Both the position numbers and the translations under genes were made by a program. 64,000 nucleotides of DNA from a bacterium (lineage in GTDB: Bacteria; Patescibacteriota; Minisyncoccia; Phycocordibacterales; Zambryskibacteraceae): contig JAUSGI010000008.1 in assembly GCA_030649135.1 (NCBI GenBank), positions 81,935 through 145,934 of the forward strand. Direction: 5' to 3'. This document shows positions 28,427 through 37,437 of this stretch, one piece after another. Position 1 is the stretch's first letter. Every line of letters starts with the position of its first letter. A model generated the notes under the pieces. It did not search any database and was not told the DNA's origin. It saw nothing but the letters and a program-made list of their open reading frames with translations.

Positions 28427-28663
28427 TGCGGGATCGTCTAATGGTAGCCTGCCCGCCATCGCTGGGAGTTGAGCTGGGAGATCGTCTAATGGTAGGACAC
28501 CTCCCTCTGAAGGAGGTTATCTTGGTTCGAGTCCAAGTCTCCCAGCTCAGGCCCTAGCAGGCGGGGACATCGCCATCCCTGCCCCGCCGTGGCGGGGTGA
28601 AAAGGCGAGCATCTTGCTTGTCCCGGCCAGCCGGGCGGGAGTCGAGTCCAAGTCCCGCAGCCA
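28427..28663 (+). pseudogene. Fragmented tRNA-Gln(UUG)-like gene interrupted by GC-rich palindromic insertions and by an intact tRNA-Gln(CUG)
   Basis: Segments match the intact tRNA-Gln(TTG) at 39279-39352 in collinear order. 28427-28447 matches nt 1-21 (21/21). 'GACATCGCC' at 28567-28575 matches nt 22-30 (9/9). 'GGCGAGCATCTTG' at 28604-28616 matches nt 39-51 (12/13). 28647-28663 matches 'TCCAAGTCCCGCAGCCA' (17/17). They are separated by inserts that include ccccgccgtggcgggg. Confidence 0.55.
28475..28545 (+). tRNA. tRNA-Gln (anticodon CTG)
   Basis: Hand fold. Acceptor is TGGGAGA/TCTCCCA with a U1-A72 pair, as in bacterial tRNA-Gln. D-stem is GTC/GAC. Anticodon stem CCTCC/GGAGG encloses loop CTCTGAA. 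The T-arm is CTTGG-TTCGAGT-CCAAG. No CCA is encoded. Confidence 0.75.
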
Positions 28664-28711
28664 GGTTTGCTATAACTAAGCGCATGAACAAATGTGCTAC
28701 AATAAGAACAT

Positions 28712-29602
28712 ATGAACAAAATAATCATTGCGCTGGCTGTAATCATGATTGCTGGTTTGGGTGTTTACTTTATAAACAAGAGTCCTACAAAGGTAGTAAA
28801 TCCTCCCGAAAGCCAGAATACTACTGCTACCACTACGCCCATAGCGAAAGAAGAAAATCCAAGCGAATCGATTATCGGTAAATCGGTCGAGAATCGCGAC
28901 ATCATCGCCTACCACTACGGCACCGGTGAGACGGAACTATTGTTTATTGGCGGGATACATGGCGGATATTCGTGGAATACGGCACTGGTCGCATTTGAGT
29001 TGATGGACTATCTCAAGGCAAGCCCCAATATCATTCCCAAGAATATAAAAGTGACGGTCATTCCGGTACTGAACCCGGACGGTTTGAATAAAGTTGTCGG
29101 CACTGCTGGTCGCTTTACCCCATCGGATGTGCCGTCGCCAATATCCGCCACGGTGGCTGGTCGCTTTAACGCCAATACCGTTGACCTTAATCGTAACTTC
29201 GACTGTGACTGGAAAGCTTCAGGCACATGGCAAAGCAAAACCGTCAGCGGCGGAAGCAGGGCTTTCTCCGAACCCGAAACCCGGGCAATCAAAAGCTACG
29301 TAGAATTAAACAAACCAGACGCAGTCGTGACCTGGTATAGTGCCGCAGGGGGTGTCTATGCCTCCGAGTGCGGTAAGGGCATTTCCGCCGAAACCCGGGC
29401 TATCACAAAAGAATTTGCCGATACCTCCGGCTATCCTGCTTTTGATGATTTCGACTTCTATGAGGTAACGGGCGACATGGTCAATTGGTTTGCCAAGAAT
29501 AATATCCCAGCCATCAGCGTGCTTCTCACGAACCACACAGACACCGAATGGACAAAAAATCAGAAAGGCATCCAGGCTCTCCTCAAGTATTACGTCAAAT
29601 AA
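28712..29602 (+). CDS. Secreted M14 / AstE-AspA-superfamily zinc-peptidase-like protein (paralog 1)
   Basis: TM anchor, then 'GGIHGGYSWN' and 'VDLNRNFDCDW' (M14-like DxNRNF motif). The canonical HxxE appears altered. Confidence 0.5.
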   Translation: MNKIIIALAVIMIAGLGVYFINKSPTKVVNPPESQNTTATTTPIAKEENPSESIIGKSVENRDIIAYHYGTGETELLFIGGIHGGYSWNTALVAFELMDYLKASPNIIPKNIKVTVIPVLNPDGLNKVVGTAGRFTPSDVPSPISATVAGRFNANTVDLNRNFDCDWKASGTWQSKTVSGGSRAFSEPETRAIKSYVELNKPDAVVTWYSAAGGVYASECGKGISAETRAITKEFADTSGYPAFDDFDFYEVTGDMVNWFAKNNIPAISVLLTNHTDTEWTKNQKGIQALLKYYVK

Positions 29603-30471
29603 TGCCCAGGAAGGTTATTGTTCCGGTTGTCATTGTCATCTTGGGTATTGGTGCGTTTGTGCTGTTTAATTTTTACGGAAAATCTAGAGAAGCGCCATCG
29701 ATAGTAGACTTAGAGCCCAAGTGGCCCCAATTCGAAGTCATCGGCCAATCCGTCGAGGGGCGCAAAATTGAAAGTTATACATATGGAGACGGAGATAAAT
29801 ATGTGCTGTTCGTGGGTGGCATCCACGGGGGTTACGAGTGGAACAGTGTACTCCTCGCTTATCAATTCATCGACTACTTGGCGGCCAATCCTACTACCGT
29901 ACCCCCCAATTTAACTATCGCAGTAATACCTTCGGCTAATCCTGACGGAGTCTATAGAGTGGTAAGCAAAGAAGGTCGTTTTACCAGCACCGATGTTTCT
30001 ACCGACAAAGAAACCCTGGCCTCGGGACGTTTTAATGCGCACAAGGTAGACCTTAATCGCAACTTTGACTGCAATTGGAAACCGACAAGCCTGTGGCGAG
30101 AGAAGACCGTGAGTGCCGGCTCCGAGCCATTCTCCGAGCCGGAAGCAATGGCACTGCGAACATTTGTTTTAGAAAACAAACCGGATGCCGTTATCTTTTG
30201 GCATAGTCAATCCAACGCTGTGTACGCATCAGAGTGCCAGTCAGGTATTCTTCCGGAAACACTTGATATCATGAACGCCTACTCGCGTGCGTCAGGATAC
30301 CAGGCGGTCAAGTCATTTGACAGTTACGATGTCACAGGCGACTCTGAAGGGTGGCTCGCTTCTATCGGTATCCCGTCCATTACGGTCGAGCTTAAAGACC
30401 ACGAGAACATAGAGTGGGAGAAGAACCTAGCCGGTATCAAAGCTATACTCGGATACTATTTGACAAAATAA
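29602..30471 (+). CDS. Secreted M14 / AstE-AspA-superfamily zinc-peptidase-like protein (paralog 2)
   Basis: Same architecture ('GGIHGGYEWN', 'VDLNRNFDCNW'). The start is the ATG overlapping the upstream stop (TAATG). The ORF is open back to 29548. Confidence 0.5.
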   Translation: MPRKVIVPVVIVILGIGAFVLFNFYGKSREAPSIVDLEPKWPQFEVIGQSVEGRKIESYTYGDGDKYVLFVGGIHGGYEWNSVLLAYQFIDYLAANPTTVPPNLTIAVIPSANPDGVYRVVSKEGRFTSTDVSTDKETLASGRFNAHKVDLNRNFDCNWKPTSLWREKTVSAGSEPFSEPEAMALRTFVLENKPDAVIFWHSQSNAVYASECQSGILPETLDIMNAYSRASGYQAVKSFDSYDVTGDSEGWLASIGIPSITVELKDHENIEWEKNLAGIKAILGYYLTK

Positions 30472-30519
30472 GCGAGGTGCGATATACTAGAGCGGTAAAT
30501 CAGTACTCACAGGTTTCGT

Positions 30520-31752
30520 TTGGAGATTATCTCTATTACGCAGACGCAAGTCTATAAACCTCACGAGCGAGGTTTATCTTATATGCAAAATGGAAATCGC
30601 GGCTTTAGGCCGCAAAATAGAGGACGTATAGGCAAGTGGCCCCAGAAGGCCTTTTCTGACGTGTCGAAGTTTATAAATAAGGATATTATCAACCTTGAGA
30701 CGGAGCACTTCGCGCCGGAACATTCTTTCGCCGATTTCAAATTCCAAGAAATATTGAATCAAAATATCAAAGCGAAGGGCTACATCACTCTTACGCCTAT
30801 TCAGGATAAGGCCATCCCCTATGTTATGGCCGGCAAAGATATTGTCGGTATCGCCAATACCGGTACCGGTAAGACGGCCGCTTTCCTTATCCCACTTATC
30901 AATAAAATTATTCTCGACTCCCGAGAGAAGGTCCTGATTGTGGTACCCACCCGTGAGCTGGCGCACCAGATAGACGAGGAGCTACGAGTTTTTGCCAAAA
31001 ACTCAAACCTTTTTTCCGTGCTCTGTATTGGCGGTGTCGGTATGGGTAAACAGATTAGAGAACTCTATCAGAGACACCATTTTGTCATCGGCACACCCGG
31101 GCGTTTGAAAGACCTCATGGAACAGAAAGTACTTGACCTCTCCGGATTCAAGACTATCGTCCTTGATGAGGCTGACAGAATGCTCGATATGGGCTTTATT
31201 CGTGATATGCGTTTTATGATGTCAAAAATGCCCAAAGAGAGGCACACGCTCTTCTTCTCCGCCACTTTATCGCCGGAGATTGAGAAACTTATTCATGAAT
31301 TCCTACGCGAACCGGTGCGTATCTCGGTGAAAACTCAAGATACTCCCAAGAATGTACACCAAGATGTGGTGAGAATTCCGAAAGATAAAACCAAACTGGA
31401 TATCCTTCACAATCTTCTTACGCAAGTGGAGTTTAGTAAGGTGCTCATCTTCGGCCGTACTAAACACGGAGTAGAGAAGCTTGCCCATGAGTTAGGAAAG
31501 CGAGGTTTCAAAGCCGAATCTATCCACGGCAACAAGAGTCAACCACAAAGACAGCGAGCGCTGGAGCTCTTCAAGCACGACCACGCCCAAGTGCTTACCG
31601 CGACCGATGTGGCCGCACGTGGTCTCGACATTTCCGATGTGACACATGTCATCAACTTTGATTTGCCGGCTACCTATGACGACTACGTCCATCGTATCGG
31701 CCGTACCGGCCGCGGTAGTAAGTCAGGCAAGGCCCTCACATTTATCGAGTAA
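30520..31752 (+). CDS. DEAD-box ATP-dependent RNA helicase
   Basis: Q-motif, 'ANTGTGKT', 'VLDEADRMLDMGF', 'SAT' and 'HRIGRTGR'. The exact start is uncertain. Confidence 0.85.
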   Translation: MEIISITQTQVYKPHERGLSYMQNGNRGFRPQNRGRIGKWPQKAFSDVSKFINKDIINLETEHFAPEHSFADFKFQEILNQNIKAKGYITLTPIQDKAIPYVMAGKDIVGIANTGTGKTAAFLIPLINKIILDSREKVLIVVPTRELAHQIDEELRVFAKNSNLFSVLCIGGVGMGKQIRELYQRHHFVIGTPGRLKDLMEQKVLDLSGFKTIVLDEADRMLDMGFIRDMRFMMSKMPKERHTLFFSATLSPEIEKLIHEFLREPVRISVKTQDTPKNVHQDVVRIPKDKTKLDILHNLLTQVEFSKVLIFGRTKHGVEKLAHELGKRGFKAESIHGNKSQPQRQRALELFKHDHAQVLTATDVAARGLDISDVTHVINFDLPATYDDYVHRIGRTGRGSKSGKALTFIE

Positions 31753-31753
31753 A

Positions 31754-32170
31754 CTAACGTACAGTCAGAGTACCAACCATACCCATAGCGCGATGATTGC
31801 CGATTGAGCAGTAGTATTGGAAAGAGCCAGTCTTATCGGCGACAAAGGTAATCGTTTGTTCTTCTCCGACTTTAAGGGTACGGGTGGCGACACCAAATTC
31901 GTCTATCTTTAAGTCGTGAGTGCCGTTCACGTTCTTAACGGTAATTTTAACAGTATCTCCTTTATTGACCACCAAGGTCGTAGGAGTAAATGAGAAAGGA
32001 ACCGCCTCGATATTAAATTCCTTAACTCCGATTAAGTTAGTTTGTACCTCCTCTTCCAGCACTTTTTCTTCCACTACTGCCGTTGGCGCAATACTTTTAC
32101 TTTTGAAAAGTAGGAAACCGCCAACAATCAGGACAACAACAATGACAACTGAAATTATTTTATTATTCAT
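31754..32170 (-). CDS. Membrane-anchored plastocyanin-like (type-1 blue copper, cupredoxin) protein
   Basis: The C-terminus 'GSFQYYCSIGNHRAMGMVGTLTV' parallels plastocyanin 'YSFYCSPHQGAGMVGKVTV' (Cys/His/Met ligands), with an upstream His in 'VNGTHDLKIDEFGV'. There is an N-terminal TM helix. The gene is the last of the ftsE-ftsX operon. Confidence 0.7.
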   Translation of the reverse strand: MNNKIISVVIVVVLIVGGFLLFKSKSIAPTAVVEEKVLEEEVQTNLIGVKEFNIEAVPFSFTPTTLVVNKGDTVKITVKNVNGTHDLKIDEFGVATRTLKVGEEQTITFVADKTGSFQYYCSIGNHRAMGMVGTLTVR

Positions 32171-32181
32171 GATACTTTAAA

Positions 32182-33123
32182 TTATACCTTCAAGTACTTT
32201 CTAATGGCAAGAGCGCTCGAGAGCGCGCCGATAGACACTCCGGAAACCATAATGATGGAAGCAATCTCCAGGAAGTGGCGAAAATAATAAGAGAAGATAT
32301 TGAAGCCTACAAAGAAACTTTCGGTAGTACTGCCAAGCCAGTAAGTAAGGGGTAAAAGGATTAGCAGAGTCAAGAGGCCTGCCACCACTCCGTAAATAAT
32401 GCCAACCACCACGAACGGTCCCCTGATGTAGGTGGTCGAGGCACCCACCAAGCGCATGACACTTATCTCATCCCGAGCGAGGTAGATGGTCAGACGAATG
32501 GTATTGAAGGCAATCAGCACGGAAATAATGGCCAGAAAGAGCGTCAAGGCGAAACCGAGCCGGTCAGCGGAGGAAATAATTTGTGTCAGTTTGTCTATGG
32601 CCACTTTGTTCTGAAAGTAATTAACTCGGTCAATAATAGGCACACCGCCGGAGGCAAGCGCGCTCCCACTCTCCAGAAACTCGGCTACGGAAGCGTACTG
32701 GGCTGGGTCCCTGGCTCTGACATTAAGAACCGCCCCCAGCGGATTTTCACCCAGCTCATTAAGAGCGGAAAGAATGGGCTGGTCACTTGCGTGTCTCTCT
32801 TTGAAGGCAGTGAGCGCCTCCTCGCGCGAAACATAAGTGACCAAAAAGACTTCGGAGAGAGATTCAATGGTATGTTTAATATTTAAAATATCCTCTTCTT
32901 TGGCCGAAGTGACAAAAGTGACGTTAATATCAATCTTATTTTTCAATTCGGCCAGAGTAGTATCGAGAATGGCGCTGGAGAAAGAAATGAGACCAATAAC
33001 CAAAAGTGTAACCATCATCACCAAAACGGAGGCGAGAGTAACCGTGCCGTCTCTCCAGAAGTTGAAAAATCCGGTGCGTAGGATTCTCTTTAATTTTGTC
33101 CAAAACATTTGCTTTTTCGTCAT
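32182..33123 (-). CDS. ftsX: Cell-division ABC transporter permease FtsX
   Basis: 313 aa with 4 TM helices and a periplasmic loop. It overlaps the ftsE stop. Confidence 0.8.
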   Translation of the reverse strand: MTKKQMFWTKLKRILRTGFFNFWRDGTVTLASVLVMMVTLLVIGLISFSSAILDTTLAELKNKIDINVTFVTSAKEEDILNIKHTIESLSEVFLVTYVSREEALTAFKERHASDQPILSALNELGENPLGAVLNVRARDPAQYASVAEFLESGSALASGGVPIIDRVNYFQNKVAIDKLTQIISSADRLGFALTLFLAIISVLIAFNTIRLTIYLARDEISVMRLVGASTTYIRGPFVVVGIIYGVVAGLLTLLILLPLTYWLGSTTESFFVGFNIFSYYFRHFLEIASIIMVSGVSIGALSSALAIRKYLKV

Positions 33124-33800
33124 ACGAAATATTTGCCGGCTTTTTCATCGCGGACAATCTTGCCTCGATTCATGGCCACGACGCGCTTCTTCAACAAATC
33201 AATTATACCTTTATTGTGCGTGGCGAGTATGACGGTGGTGCCAAGATCGTTAATCTTTTTTAATATCTGCACTATGTCGTAGGTATTGGCTGGGTCAAGA
33301 TTGCCTGTCGGCTCATCGGCAATAATGATATCCGGTTCGTTGACCAAGGCGCGGGCAATAGCTACTCGCTGCTTCTCACCGCCCGAGAGTTCGCGCGGAA
33401 AATTCCAAATCTTCGGCATCAAGTCTACCAATTCAAGAACATGGGGAACATCCGACTCTATCTCACTATCCGTTCGACCAGCTGCTTCCATGGTGAAGGC
33501 GATATTCTCGTAGACGGTCTTATTGGGCAGAAGCCGAAAATCTTGGAAAACCATGCCCACTTTTCTGCGAAAGGCATCAATTTCTTTCTTGTTGAGAGTG
33601 TGGATATTGGTAGATTCGTAATACACGGAACCTTCGGTCGGCTTTTCTTCCGCGAGAAAAAGTTTCAAGAGTGTGGTTTTGCCGGCACCGGATGGTCCGA
33701 CGATAGAGATAAATTCCTCCGGCTCGATTGAGAGCGTTACCTCCTCCAGAGCTATGGAATTATCGGGATAAATTTTAGACACACGGTCAAAAACAATCAT
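33120..33800 (-). CDS. ftsE: Cell-division ATP-binding protein FtsE
   Basis: Walker A 'GPSGAGKTT', the ABC signature 'LSGGEKQR' and Walker B 'IIIADE'. Confidence 0.85.
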   Translation of the reverse strand: MIVFDRVSKIYPDNSIALEEVTLSIEPEEFISIVGPSGAGKTTLLKLFLAEEKPTEGSVYYESTNIHTLNKKEIDAFRRKVGMVFQDFRLLPNKTVYENIAFTMEAAGRTDSEIESDVPHVLELVDLMPKIWNFPRELSGGEKQRVAIARALVNEPDIIIADEPTGNLDPANTYDIVQILKKINDLGTTVILATHNKGIIDLLKKRVVAMNRGKIVRDEKAGKYFV

Positions 33801-33862
33801 GTCTCTCTATTCTATCATGCGACTATCCGCCCAACAAGATAAAATATGCTATATTATCAACA

Positions 33863-34450
33863 ATGAAGGGACGAATTATCGTTATAATTGCTGTTTGCGC
33901 CGCTGGGATAATATTTTTTATTAGCACTTACCCATCGAAAACCGTGCGGTCTTTCCCGAACCCTGATTTACCCCTTGTCTCCCCTGTGCTCTCTGCTCCG
34001 CCCATAGACATACTATCCGGTAATGACCCGCTATTGGCTACCCGAGCATGGATGACCTTCCAGAACTATCTGGAATTTGCCCGCACTCATAATCTACCAG
34101 GGATAAAAAGTTTGTCTCATCAAATTTCCGACACATGTAATGACCCTGTAAAAGAGCAGAGGTGTTTCGCTCTGATGGACAGCGTGTACATTATGGCTAG
34201 TAAACTAAAGATGGACGAATTCAAACATATCCAAGCAGACCGACGCCAGATTATGATGTTTACAGATGGACCGATAGTGGCAATTCTTTATTTCACCAGA
34301 GATGAAAGCCTTACTCCCAAGATGCTCGGCCTTAGGTTTTGTTTCGAAGAGACAACGACACCGGGAAGATGTGTCGAGGCTGATCCCAAACTGCGCGACC
34401 AGGATGGCAACGGCTGGTGGGACAACGTTGAATCACTTTTCTACCGTTAG
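33863..34450 (+). CDS. Hypothetical membrane-anchored/secreted protein
   Basis: 195 aa with an N-terminal TM helix and several Cys. No family recognised. Confidence 0.4.
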   Translation: MKGRIIVIIAVCAAGIIFFISTYPSKTVRSFPNPDLPLVSPVLSAPPIDILSGNDPLLATRAWMTFQNYLEFARTHNLPGIKSLSHQISDTCNDPVKEQRCFALMDSVYIMASKLKMDEFKHIQADRRQIMMFTDGPIVAILYFTRDESLTPKMLGLRFCFEETTTPGRCVEADPKLRDQDGNGWWDNVESLFYR

Positions 34451-34464
34451 TTCAAATACGCTTC

Positions 34465-34890
34465 CTAGGACCTGTCGGTACTTTTCAATGCCAAGAGAGC
34501 CAACACCAGAATATAAACAATGTGTTCGTCAAGCAGAGGATGGTTGGCAGGCGGGAAAGCGGCCAAATACATTAACAAGAACATAAGACTGCCGGCAAGT
34601 GCTCCCCAGACAACCTTCCTATTAAGTAATAGGGTAAGTCCCACGGAGAGAAGTCCCAGCATAAAGAGCCAATCAACCACGGGCATCCCGGAGAGACCCT
34701 TGAAAAATTCCGCCAAAGGCCCACGGGTGGCATTCATTAAGAATCCAGAAGTGGGCGAACCGCCGTTAATCCAAGCTTTTTCGCTTGTGGTGGCAAAGCC
34801 GAGTCCGAACAACTTATCGACAAACGCCCAAAGGAAAATTAGACCCATTGATAAACGTAGCGCGAGCCAAACAATTTTTTTCTTCTTCAT
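34465..34890 (-). CDS. DoxX-family membrane protein
   Basis: 141 aa with 4 TM helices and a DoxX-like sequence. Confidence 0.55.
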   Translation of the reverse strand: MKKKKIVWLALRLSMGLIFLWAFVDKLFGLGFATTSEKAWINGGSPTSGFLMNATRGPLAEFFKGLSGMPVVDWLFMLGLLSVGLTLLLNRKVVWGALAGSLMFLLMYLAAFPPANHPLLDEHIVYILVLALLALKSTDRS

Positions 34891-34931
34891 ATGCGCTTAT
34901 TATAACATGTGATAAAATGTAATATCATATT

Positions 34932-35348
34932 ATGTGGATAGGTTACGCTTTATTGTCAGCTATCTTTGCGGCCGCGGTCGCTATTCTTGCTAAAATCGGC
35001 CTGAAAAATGTTGACTCGACTCTGGCAACCACTATCAGAGCTGTGGTTATGGCGCTTTTTCTCCTCGGTGCCGCTCTTGTATTGCAGAAATTCTCGCTCA
35101 TCAAAACTGTCGGCAATCAAACTCTGACTTTTATTGTCTTTTCCGGCGTGGCCGGAGCTCTCTCCTGGCTCTTTTACTTCCTCGCTCTTAAATACGGTCC
35201 GGCTACCGGTGTAGCCGCTTTAGATAGACTAAGTGTCGTCTTTGTCGTCATTCTCGCCGCCATATTTCTCGGTGAAGCTCTAACCTTTAAATCCGTCACC
35301 GGTCTAGTATTACTTGTCCTCGGAGCCCTTCTCCTCGTCTGGAAGTGA
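34932..35348 (+). CDS. EamA-like (DMT superfamily) small transporter
   Basis: 138 aa with 4 TM helices and an EamA/DUF6-like sequence. Confidence 0.5.
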   Translation: MWIGYALLSAIFAAAVAILAKIGLKNVDSTLATTIRAVVMALFLLGAALVLQKFSLIKTVGNQTLTFIVFSGVAGALSWLFYFLALKYGPATGVAALDRLSVVFVVILAAIFLGEALTFKSVTGLVLLVLGALLLVWK

Positions 35349-35355
35349 AAAAGTC

Positions 35356-35640
35356 CTACTTATCCAACTTTTTATAAAGAGTACCGGTAAAAATAAGGAT
35401 TACAAGACCAATTAAAAATAAATACCACGGGTTATTCTCGAATATCAATACGCTTCTGATAATCCCTTTCACCCCTTCAGAGACTGCAACAGCGCCGAAA
35501 AGTGCAAGCAGAGCAAAGGTGAGCGGATACCTTTTAAAAACAGATTGACCCTTCTTCCCCGCCATATTATTTACCTCCTCAGTCAGTTTCTCTAAATCTT
35601 TCAGTAAGTCAAGCTGACTACGCGGTTCTGATTCGTTCAT
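35356..35640 (-). CDS. Hypothetical small membrane protein
   Basis: 94 aa with an acidic N-terminus and 2 TM helices. Confidence 0.4.
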   Translation of the reverse strand: MNESEPRSQLDLLKDLEKLTEEVNNMAGKKGQSVFKRYPLTFALLALFGAVAVSEGVKGIIRSVLIFENNPWYLFLIGLVILIFTGTLYKKLDK

Positions 35641-35674
35641 GGGTATATTCTAACAGAGTTTAGATTTCATACAC

Positions 35675-36244
35675 TCATTGCATCTCCAACACGGCTTCTA
35701 GAGCTGATGGTAGACTGCTTACTCCGTCACTGCCGCTAAAATGCCCCTTGTTGTGTTCTACGATTATCTTGGCCCCGGCCTTTTCTTTCCAGGATTCCTG
35801 ATTTTCCGCTAAAACAAAAGGGTCATTATCTGAAAAGATAGCAACCGCTTTGTTTACCACTCTTTTTACTTTCTCATCGTTGCGTGGCGTATTGACCCAT
35901 GGTCCGGCAATTCTTTCTTCCTCTTCAGTCTCCAGATTACGAAGATTGTAAAACCCAGCTACGAATACAGCCCCGCCAATTTTAACTCCTTCCGGCAAAG
36001 TTTCGAGATACCTGATAATGGCCTGGCAGCCGATACTATGTCCAATAAAAAATGTATTGATATCGGCTGTTCCCACTAAGTTACTCAAAAATGGAATCCA
36101 TGTTTCTATCTTTGGTTCTGACGGGTCTGGCATTGCTGGCACAAAAACTTCGAAACCTCTGGCTTCTAGTTCTTTCTTCAACCACGGAAACCAGCATTCT
36201 TCGGGATGACCATCCCAACCGTGAATTATGTAGACTCTTTTCAT
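35675..36244 (-). CDS. Alpha/beta-hydrolase-fold serine hydrolase (YdeN/RBBP9-like)
   Basis: 'IIHGW' and the GxSxG motif 'GHSIGC'. The start is placed at the ATG 'MKRVYIIHGW'; the ORF is open back to 36277. Confidence 0.6.
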   Translation of the reverse strand: MKRVYIIHGWDGHPEECWFPWLKKELEARGFEVFVPAMPDPSEPKIETWIPFLSNLVGTADINTFFIGHSIGCQAIIRYLETLPEGVKIGGAVFVAGFYNLRNLETEEEERIAGPWVNTPRNDEKVKRVVNKAVAIFSDNDPFVLAENQESWKEKAGAKIIVEHNKGHFSGSDGVSSLPSALEAVLEMQ

Positions 36245-36249
36245 ATAAA

Positions 36250-36810
36250 TTACTTTTGGGCGCTCATAATAAAACACGGCGGAATATTACGAAGTTCAAA
36301 TTGAGTATTAACGGCATCTTTATTAAAGTATTTATTCAGTAGGCCAAGCATTAGCGGAGAATACTGGTGAAAGACGATAAATTTACCGGTACTCTTGAGC
36401 ATTGCGAATGTATCACCCACTATTTTTTCCCGCTCAAGAGACTTCAAGATGGAAAAGGGGATGCTGGAAACTACTAAATCGATAGTGGCCTCGTTCCTGC
36501 GGCTTAATTCTCGGGAGGCTTCTTGGGCTGTTCCTTTGATAATTTTCAGTCGGGAATCTTCTATATTTTTTAAAACTTTCAAAAACTTTGGATTCGTTTC
36601 CACCACGATAAGCTCTCCATCTTCCGGCATTCTTTTCAGTATCTCCATTGTCAGCACCCCGTCCCCGGGGCCATATTCTACTACCCGGCGCAGTGCCCTA
36701 CCGTCAAACTGGCGCACCACAGCGTTCACCACATATTTAGAACTACGCGTTAGCGCGCCGATTTGACTGTCCAGGAAAGCGACCTTGAAAAAATTTAATT
36801 GTTCCAGCAT
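36250..36810 (-). CDS. Class I SAM-dependent methyltransferase
   Basis: SAM motif 'VVEYGPGDGVLT'. Confidence 0.6.
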   Translation of the reverse strand: MLEQLNFFKVAFLDSQIGALTRSSKYVVNAVVRQFDGRALRRVVEYGPGDGVLTMEILKRMPEDGELIVVETNPKFLKVLKNIEDSRLKIIKGTAQEASRELSRRNEATIDLVVSSIPFSILKSLEREKIVGDTFAMLKSTGKFIVFHQYSPLMLGLLNKYFNKDAVNTQFELRNIPPCFIMSAQK

Positions 36811-36814
36811 GTTG

Positions 36815-37390
36815 TCAGACTACGCGGAGGAGGAAAAGTAGTATTTCTTTCCCCAGAAAGATATAGACCGCGCAAGTTATCCCTTCTCCAATAAATACCC
36901 CCAGCAGAAACTTTTTTTTATCTATCTTCAGCGAACCGCAAACATAGCATATGACATCGGTGGGCGTGAATGGAAGCATACTCCAAAGGATAACGATTGG
37001 CAATTCATTTTTCTCGATTACCGACTTTAATTTGGCTATCTGTGTGGGATATTTGCGTTCGAAAAATTCGCTTAAGTGGAGAAATTCAGAGAAGTAATAG
37101 ACAACGATGGAAGATACCATAATGCCAACTAGGGTTAGGATAAAAAGCGGCTTTAAGGGCAGGAATAAAAGTCCCAGTATTATTAAATAGGTTACCGGAA
37201 TCAGAGTAAAACCGCGTAGGCATCCTAATACTAAATAAACCCAGTAACGTACATAAAGGGGTGCATCCACTACTCTGGTTATCTGCTCCACGATGAATCC
37301 TCTCTGGAAAAAATACAAATAAAACGCCGCAATAATTACGAGAAGCCATATATCTCTAGCGACGAGCTTTGTTTGGGAGTGAGTTTCCAA
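36815..37390 (-). CDS. TVP38/TMEM64 (DedA-like, VTT-domain) membrane protein
   Basis: 191 aa, multi-pass, with a VTT-like core 'LRGFTLIPVTYLIILGLLF'. Confidence 0.55.
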   Translation of the reverse strand: METHSQTKLVARDIWLLVIIAAFYLYFFQRGFIVEQITRVVDAPLYVRYWVYLVLGCLRGFTLIPVTYLIILGLLFLPLKPLFILTLVGIMVSSIVVYYFSEFLHLSEFFERKYPTQIAKLKSVIEKNELPIVILWSMLPFTPTDVICYVCGSLKIDKKKFLLGVFIGEGITCAVYIFLGKEILLFLLRVV

Positions 37391-37437
37391 GAGTTTTGCT
37401 AGTAGTAATTCCTAAATCTTCATTTTTTATCTTACCA

